A stretch of DNA of 64,000 nucleotides from NCBI GenBank assembly GCA_963716765.1, contig CAVQUO010000018.1, forward strand, positions 59,951 to 123,950, written 5' to 3'. Position 1 is the stretch's first letter, and the number at the start of each line of letters is the position of its first letter. Below, in pieces: positions 58,841 to 64,000 of the stretch. The notes beneath the pieces are model-generated. The model was not told the DNA's origin. It saw nothing but the letters and a program-made list of their open reading frames with translations, and did no database searches. The translations under genes were made by a program, and so were the position numbers. The stretch comes from an uncultured Bacteroidota bacterium. GTDB taxonomy: Bacteria; Bacteroidota; Bacteroidia; Bacteroidales; GCA-2748055.

Positions 58841-59916
58841 ATGATGAAGACTTTTTGTTGATCAGAGATGGGAATTCAGGATTCTTCGCCATGTCCTCTT
58901 ATTTCTTTCGCTCGTTTTCATTTTTTCCTGGGTAGCTTATTACAGATCTGACGACGAAGGCGGATATGCCGGAGCACTTACTGGTGGTGCTGATCAATGC
59001 TGTGTTTTTCTTTGGGTATGCCTATCTGACAGTATACGTGTTTATTCCACGACTTATTGGCAAGGAAAAAAATTGGATTGTTTGTAATTGTTTTTCTGGT
59101 GAGTGGTGTGGCACTTTCTGCATTGAAATTTCTTTTCTCGGACTTTGGATTCTTACCAGGCAATTTCACCTGAAAGCGACCATCAATACAGACTCTTTCA
59201 GGCTCTTCCCTCTTTGCTGGTAAATACCAAGGATATGACATTTATTGTTGCACTATTTGCCATTGCAAAGTATGCAAGGGATCATTATCTGCTTGAATCA
59301 AATATCAGGGAAATGCAACAGAAGGGATTGGAGGCAGAAATCAAGTTGCTGGAGCATCATATGGATCCCCATGTCATATTTAATAATTTCAATAGTCTAT
59401 ACTCTATCTCCCTGAACAGACCGGAGCTTATTGAAGTGGAACTGTGAAAAAGCTTAAGTCAATTCTGCACTATCTTTTCAGGGAGAGCAAAGATGGAAAA
59501 AGTTTCGCTATCCAGGGAGATTGAGATGATCGAAAATTACATCGGCCTGGAGGCCCTGAGATATGGGGATCGTCTTAAGATAAGCTATGAGATGGAAGGT
59601 AATCCTGAGGGACTGAAGATTACCCCGCTCTCCTGTATCCATTTGTCGAAAATTGTTTCGTGCATGGAGCCGGAGAGGATCCTGACCGTTCATGGATTGA
59701 ATGTAAGCATCAACATCAAATGACACTGACCTTCAATTTCATGGCATCCAATTCTGTGTCAATCGAGTTCGATTAAACATCCGGGATAGGGGAAAGAGCG
59801 AATGAAAATCAGCGTCAGGCGGCTGGAAATTCAGTATCCCAACAGTCACCGGCTGGCAATCCTGGATCGGGAAAAAAGGCATGAGGTTAAATTAAATATC
59901 AGAGTTATCGCGATGA
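58841..59916 (+). CDS. LytS/YehU-type membrane histidine kinase 1 (frameshifted; end approximate)
   Basis: N-terminal TM helices, EAEIKLL.HHMDPHVIFNNFNSLY, EIEMIENYIGLEALRYG. Confidence 0.8.
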
Positions 59917-61019
59917 AGGAAAGAGTGAAACAAATGGTTTGCAAAAAGGAGCAGGAGGCATATTTTCTTCTGGGTCTGTTGGGTCCTGGGCTTCACGTTT
60001 ATCAAGAGTTTTGGTCAAGCCTATGAGATCTATTTCGGATGGTTTTCATATTATGTGCTTACACTTACCCATATTTGTTCTGCACACCTACCTGGTGGCA
60101 TACCTTTTAATTCCCCGCTTTCTTAACAGGAAACAATGGTCCATTTTTCTTGTCCTTGTTTGCCCTGTTATTCTATGGTTTTTCCGTAGTGTGAGCTGAT
60201 TCTCAGTAATGAGTTCATTTATATTTGGTATCCCACCGGATCCGACGTCATGGAAAACTACCTGGATCCTGGGCAATGTGATTCGAAGCGGACTCGGGAA
60301 CCTCTATATCGTACTTGTGTTCCTGGCTTCCAGAACAGTGCAGAAACTGGTATAGGCCGACAGGCAGCAGAAGGAGCTGCAGCAGGTGGAGCTGAAGCAG
60401 CAGATGGAAGACACCATCACCAGGGTTCAACCAATGATGTTACTCTACGCCATCGACAAGATTGATGAGATGGTGAGGATTTCCTCGCCGGATGTTACCA
60501 GGGCAATTGCACTTACATCAGAATTGCTGAGTGAGTTAATGATGTATCATGATGAAAAGAATCAGTGGTTTTCCGGGAGATTGAGCTTGTGAAAAAGCTG
60601 GTTGACCTGGTGGCACTGCTCAAGGGAACCAGGCCTGAAGTGGAATTCTTCATTTCTGGTGATCCCGGGAAGAATTAATCTTGCCCCCAATGATCCTGTT
60701 TTCATTGGTAGACCTGATATTCAGGAAGTTTGAAAACGAGGATATCATGCCAGAAATGAATATTGAGGCTTCGGGATTTTCCAATATGATCACTGTCCAG
60801 TTGCTGAATAGTGGAAAAGGTGATCAAAATGAGTGCCTGGATGAATGTATGCAAACCCTTACACAGCTTGAGAAACTTTACAAGGGAAGCGTATTAATTT
60901 CTCATACAAAACATACTTATGGATGTTCTCTTCTGATTCGAAGCAATCATTTGCAGACGATGAATGACACTTACACCGATATCAGTGCAGTTGGTACCGG
61001 AAAACCTGTGGCTAGCTGA
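59913..61019 (+). CDS. Degenerate LytS-like membrane protein (pseudokinase; frameshifted)
   Basis: TM region with YLLIPRFL; H-box position reads RVQPMMLLYAID and N-box position reads PPMILFSLVDLIF. Confidence 0.6.
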
Positions 61020-61081
61020 ATATGTTTTAAGATGTGGATTAGGTCACCTACTTTTGAATTGACTCTATGCACATCAATGAT

Positions 61082-61149
61082 AAACTTGCCGTCAGCAGTC
61101 TTACTTCAGAGTTTTAGGTTTAATAGGTAACTTCCCCGACGGCAAGTTT
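61082..61149. other. Long hairpin (12-bp terminal stem) between kinase genes
   Basis: AAACTTGCCGTC (61082-61093) / GACGGCAAGTTT (61138-61149). Confidence 0.6.
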
Positions 61150-61191
61150 TTCTATTTCATCCCCGTCAGATTCTCACCAAAAATTCAATAC

Positions 61192-61309
61192 TGTTCCAGT
61201 ACGTACAAGTTTGTACAGTTCCGGACAGTTTTAACACAATCCGCTTTATCAGTAAAATATTTAAAACACACATAAAGAGCTATATATGCCCTTTGGCATG
61301 ATAGATGCA
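61192..61309 (+). promoter_or_regulatory. Sigma54 promoter with two TGT-N10-ACA upstream activator sites
   Basis: TTGGCATGATAGATGCA (GG-N10-GC) at 61293-61309; UAS at 61192-61207 and 61212-61227. Confidence 0.75.
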
Positions 61310-61362
61310 AGATAAAAGTCAAGTTGTATTTGTACAGGGACGGTACAAAAAGGAGGCATAAA

Positions 61363-62013
61363 ATGATTATAGATCAATACATGGTTTCACGGAATTTTCG
61401 GCAGCAGAACGAAGAGCGACAAAATCTCGATTTGTTTAAAAACCTTCTGCAGCCACACTTCCTGTTCAACTCACTGAACAATCTCTATGCACTATCCCTC
61501 AGACAATCTGAACACACGCCTGATGCCATTGCTGGTTTATCACAGCTACTTGAGAAGGTTGTGAGCTTTTCCAGAAAAGATCTGATCAGTCTAAGCGAGG
61601 AGGTTGCACTGATTGAAGACTACATTTCACTTGAAAGGTTCTGGCTTGGAGATTACTCCTTCCTACTGGATTTTCAGGTGAAAGGTGATGTAAGCAATGT
61701 GTCAATCCCGCCCCTTGCTATCTACACGCTGATTGAGAATGCCTTCAAACATGGAATCAGAAAATGTAAGGGAGAGGGATGGATCACCATCCACCTGGTG
61801 GTTAAAAGTGATAAAGTTCTCCTTAAGATCAGAAACTCCATTGAACATTGTGAGCATCCTGCAGAAGGTGATGCTCCTGCACACTCGGGGCTTGGAATTG
61901 AGGCCGTGAGAAAACTACTTGATGGCTCATTCAGAAAATCGTACTACCTGGATGCCCGTCCCATAGGCAATGTATATGCCGTCGATTTGATTATCGGGCG
62001 TGCTGCAGCCTAA
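61363..62013 (+). CDS. Soluble LytS-type histidine kinase core lacking sensor and TM domains
   Basis: LQPHFLFNSLNNLY, YISLE, IENAFKHG, SGLGIE; only about 25 aa precede the H-box. Confidence 0.85.
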   Translation: MIIDQYMVSRNFRQQNEERQNLDLFKNLLQPHFLFNSLNNLYALSLRQSEHTPDAIAGLSQLLEKVVSFSRKDLISLSEEVALIEDYISLERFWLGDYSFLLDFQVKGDVSNVSIPPLAIYTLIENAFKHGIRKCKGEGWITIHLVVKSDKVLLKIRNSIEHCEHPAEGDAPAHSGLGIEAVRKLLDGSFRKSYYLDARPIGNVYAVDLIIGRAAA

Positions 62014-62140
62014 TCAATGTCACTGTCATTGACAGTTCAAAAAGACTCCTTTAATCTCTCTTTACCGTAGTTGATTGATAAGTTTTCTCAACGTGCATTT
62101 ATCACAGTAAATTTAGATATAATAATTAAAAGGCAAGGCT

Positions 62141-62623
62141 ATGAAAACAAAGGTTGGTATTATTAAAAGATTGGCAGCTATAACTTTAGGGCTGTTTTTA
62201 TTCACCATGTTTGCTTTTGCAGATGGTGAAACTGCTGAGGTGTTCCTAACCGGAACTTCAAACTCTTCCGCTGGTGATTTTGTGGTACAAACTACAAATG
62301 ATTTGTTTCATTTCCAGGGGAAGGAGTATGAGGTGTTCCGGGTATACTATGATGATCCTAGCATGAATATGAAAATTGCCGTTAACACAACAGATGGAAA
62401 GTGTAAATCTTTTGTTGCCTATAATGGCGAGTTCATGTTTTTTTACAATTGTAACAAGGACGGATTTGGCGTAAGGAAAGTTATGTTTTCAAATCCCTGG
62501 GTAAAGGATGGATTTGATGCTCAACAATTCCATGATCAAACGGTCCTGATGAGGGACAGGAAGGTCGAGAAGAAGGAGGCAGTTGGGCTGATAGCAGCTT
62601 ACGTTCCACAGCTGAAAAGCTAA
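62141..62623 (+). CDS. Hypothetical secreted protein, paralog A
   Basis: Signal peptide ending AFA; clearly homologous to 62916-63395. Confidence 0.8.
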   Translation: MKTKVGIIKRLAAITLGLFLFTMFAFADGETAEVFLTGTSNSSAGDFVVQTTNDLFHFQGKEYEVFRVYYDDPSMNMKIAVNTTDGKCKSFVAYNGEFMFFYNCNKDGFGVRKVMFSNPWVKDGFDAQQFHDQTVLMRDRKVEKKEAVGLIAAYVPQLKS

Positions 62624-62668
62624 GCACTTAGACCAACCTTTTAGAGTAGCAAAAAATTATCACCCGTA

Positions 62669-62707
62669 AATGGGCCGGCAGATTTCTGCCGGCCCATTGT
62701 TTTTTTT
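62669..62707 (+). terminator. Intrinsic terminator
   Basis: AATGGGCCGGCAGA-t-TCTGCCGGCCCATT-type hairpin followed by a T run. Confidence 0.9.
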
Positions 62708-62748
62708 ATAACATTCAGGTAATCAAATTTATAACATTCATTTAACGC

Positions 62749-62868
62749 CATCCGCTTTCGTACAAAAGTGTTCAGTATCGGTCGTATTTAACAATTTTTA
62801 CATTTTCTGTATACTTAGTGTAAATACCAGTAAAAGAGAAGGATAAAGTGTTTGGCACGGCTATTGAT
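62749..62868 (+). promoter_or_regulatory. Second sigma54 promoter with two degenerate UAS
   Basis: TTGGCACGGCTATTGA at 62852-62867; CAT-N10-ACA at 62749-62764 and TGT-N10-TCG at 62769-62784. Confidence 0.65.
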
Positions 62869-62915
62869 TTATGGTTGACAGATCAAAACAAAACTATAAC
62901 ATAAAAACTAAGACC

Positions 62916-63395
62916 ATGAAAACAAAAGCTAAATTACTTAAGAGAATTGCAGCACTTACTCTTTCAATGATGTTCGTTTCGACAGCCTTATTTGCAGACG
63001 GTGAAGCCAATGAAGTATTCCTGAGTGGAACTACCAATACTGCTGCCGGGGATTATGTGGTTACCGGAACCGAGGATGTTTATCATTTCCAGGGTGAGGA
63101 GTACCAGGTATTTAATGTTTATTACGATAACCCTCAGCACAATATGAAAATTGCAGTTCTGGCCGACGATGATTGCAAAAGTTATATTGCCTATACTGAC
63201 GGGTATTGGTTCAAGTACAATTGCACCAAGGAAGGATTTGGCGTTCGCAAGTCGATGTTCAACAGTGCAGCTGTCAGGGATGAGTTCAACCATTTGGAGT
63301 ACAGGGATCAGAGCTTACTGGTCAAAGGCCGCAAGATTGAGAAGGAACAGGCTATAGGGCTGATTGCAGCTTATCTTCCCAAACTTCAGAGCTAA
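62916..63395 (+). CDS. Hypothetical secreted protein, paralog B
   Basis: Signal peptide; shares ADGE..EVFL.GT, YYD.P..NMKIAV, CKS, YNC.K.GFGVRK, GLIAAY.P.L with paralog A. Confidence 0.8.
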   Translation: MKTKAKLLKRIAALTLSMMFVSTALFADGEANEVFLSGTTNTAAGDYVVTGTEDVYHFQGEEYQVFNVYYDNPQHNMKIAVLADDDCKSYIAYTDGYWFKYNCTKEGFGVRKSMFNSAAVRDEFNHLEYRDQSLLVKGRKIEKEQAIGLIAAYLPKLQS

Positions 63396-63433
63396 GGTCA
63401 AAAAATAGGGATCGATGATCCCCCGTTCAATAG

Positions 63434-63464
63434 CAAACGTCCGCTTCGGTGGACGTTTTTTTTT
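63434..63464 (+). terminator. Intrinsic terminator
   Basis: AAACGTCCGC-ttcg-GTGGACGTTT followed by a T run. Confidence 0.88.
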
Positions 63465-63542
63465 TATTAGTATTTGATCCGCGGATCATGCTTGTACAAG
63501 TGATACTATTTATTTACTTTTGTCCTGCTTTAAGCTAAACCC

Positions 63543-63631
<89 letters not shown>

Positions 63632-63771
63632 AAAGCAAAGTAGACCCTCGGCGAAAGCCGGGGGTTTGTTGTTTCGAGCCGACAGATCAAGCTTGCTTGA
63701 ATCTGGCGGCGAAGAAATAACAAACCAGGATGCGCAAAGCGTATCCCAGGGTTTGTTTTGCTTTGCAGGTC

Positions 63772-63933
63772 CCCCCTAAAGGGATCACGATAGTAATCCC
63801 CAAGGGATCACGAGCTATGGCGAGTAATCCCATATTGGGATCATGTAATCCCAAGGGATCACGAGCTATGGCGAGTAATCCCATATTGGGATCACGTCAG
63901 TAATCCCCTTAATGGATCACGTCAGTAATCCCC
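63772..63933. repeat. Array of GTAATCCC-n-GGGATCAC palindromic units containing a 51-bp-period duplication
   Basis: About 7 units; 63799-63843 is repeated at 63850-63894. Confidence 0.88.
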
Positions 63934-64000
63934 TGCAGCTTTAAGGGGTTGCTGGAGTGCCTCTCTCCTCGCAGGTCTGTCCCTTATGAAAAGTCCAGCT

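Noticed and set aside
63772-63933. CRISPR array
   Set aside because: Linkers are 0-12 nt and duplicated, units vary in length, and no cas genes are present

Overview
Core chromosomal segment of a Bacteroidota bacterium, probably Bacteroidales/Marinilabiliales-like (gldB, SusC/SusD, DUF1573, murF-alr fusion, TAnnTTTG promoters). More than half of the genes are split by indels, including nadE, murF-alr, lpdA, ppk1 and uvrA. This points to an unpolished long-read assembly rather than real gene decay, so split ORFs are merged here. Housekeeping content: murF-alr, GT2-GT4, lipid A acyltransferase, Crp/Fnr regulator, nadE, gldB, K+ channel, a ferredoxin missed by the ORF track, M20 amidohydrolase, meaB, ppk1, two nfeD-SPFH pairs, prolyl oligopeptidase, a BlaI/M56-M23 module, lpdA, tandem serpins with an ECF sigma/anti-sigma pair, uvrA, smpB, miaA, recA, bcp, clpS, an SSS transporter, SusC/D and tRNA-Ser(GCT). 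Best leads: (1) an unannotated ~520-nt intergenic RNA candidate at about 50106-50628 with its own promoter, 5'/3' long-range pairing, many hairpins and a terminator; (2) a signalling locus with one LytTR regulator, three LytS-like kinases (one pseudokinase, one soluble), two paralogous secreted proteins and twin sigma54 promoters with TGT-N10-ACA enhancers; (3) recurrent strand-polarised 7-9/16-nt tandem repeats starting at stop codons; (4) palindromic elements (a MITE-like insert and a hairpin array after the tRNA). No CRISPR, prophage or transposase was seen. All calls come from reading the sequence by eye; no database searches were run.
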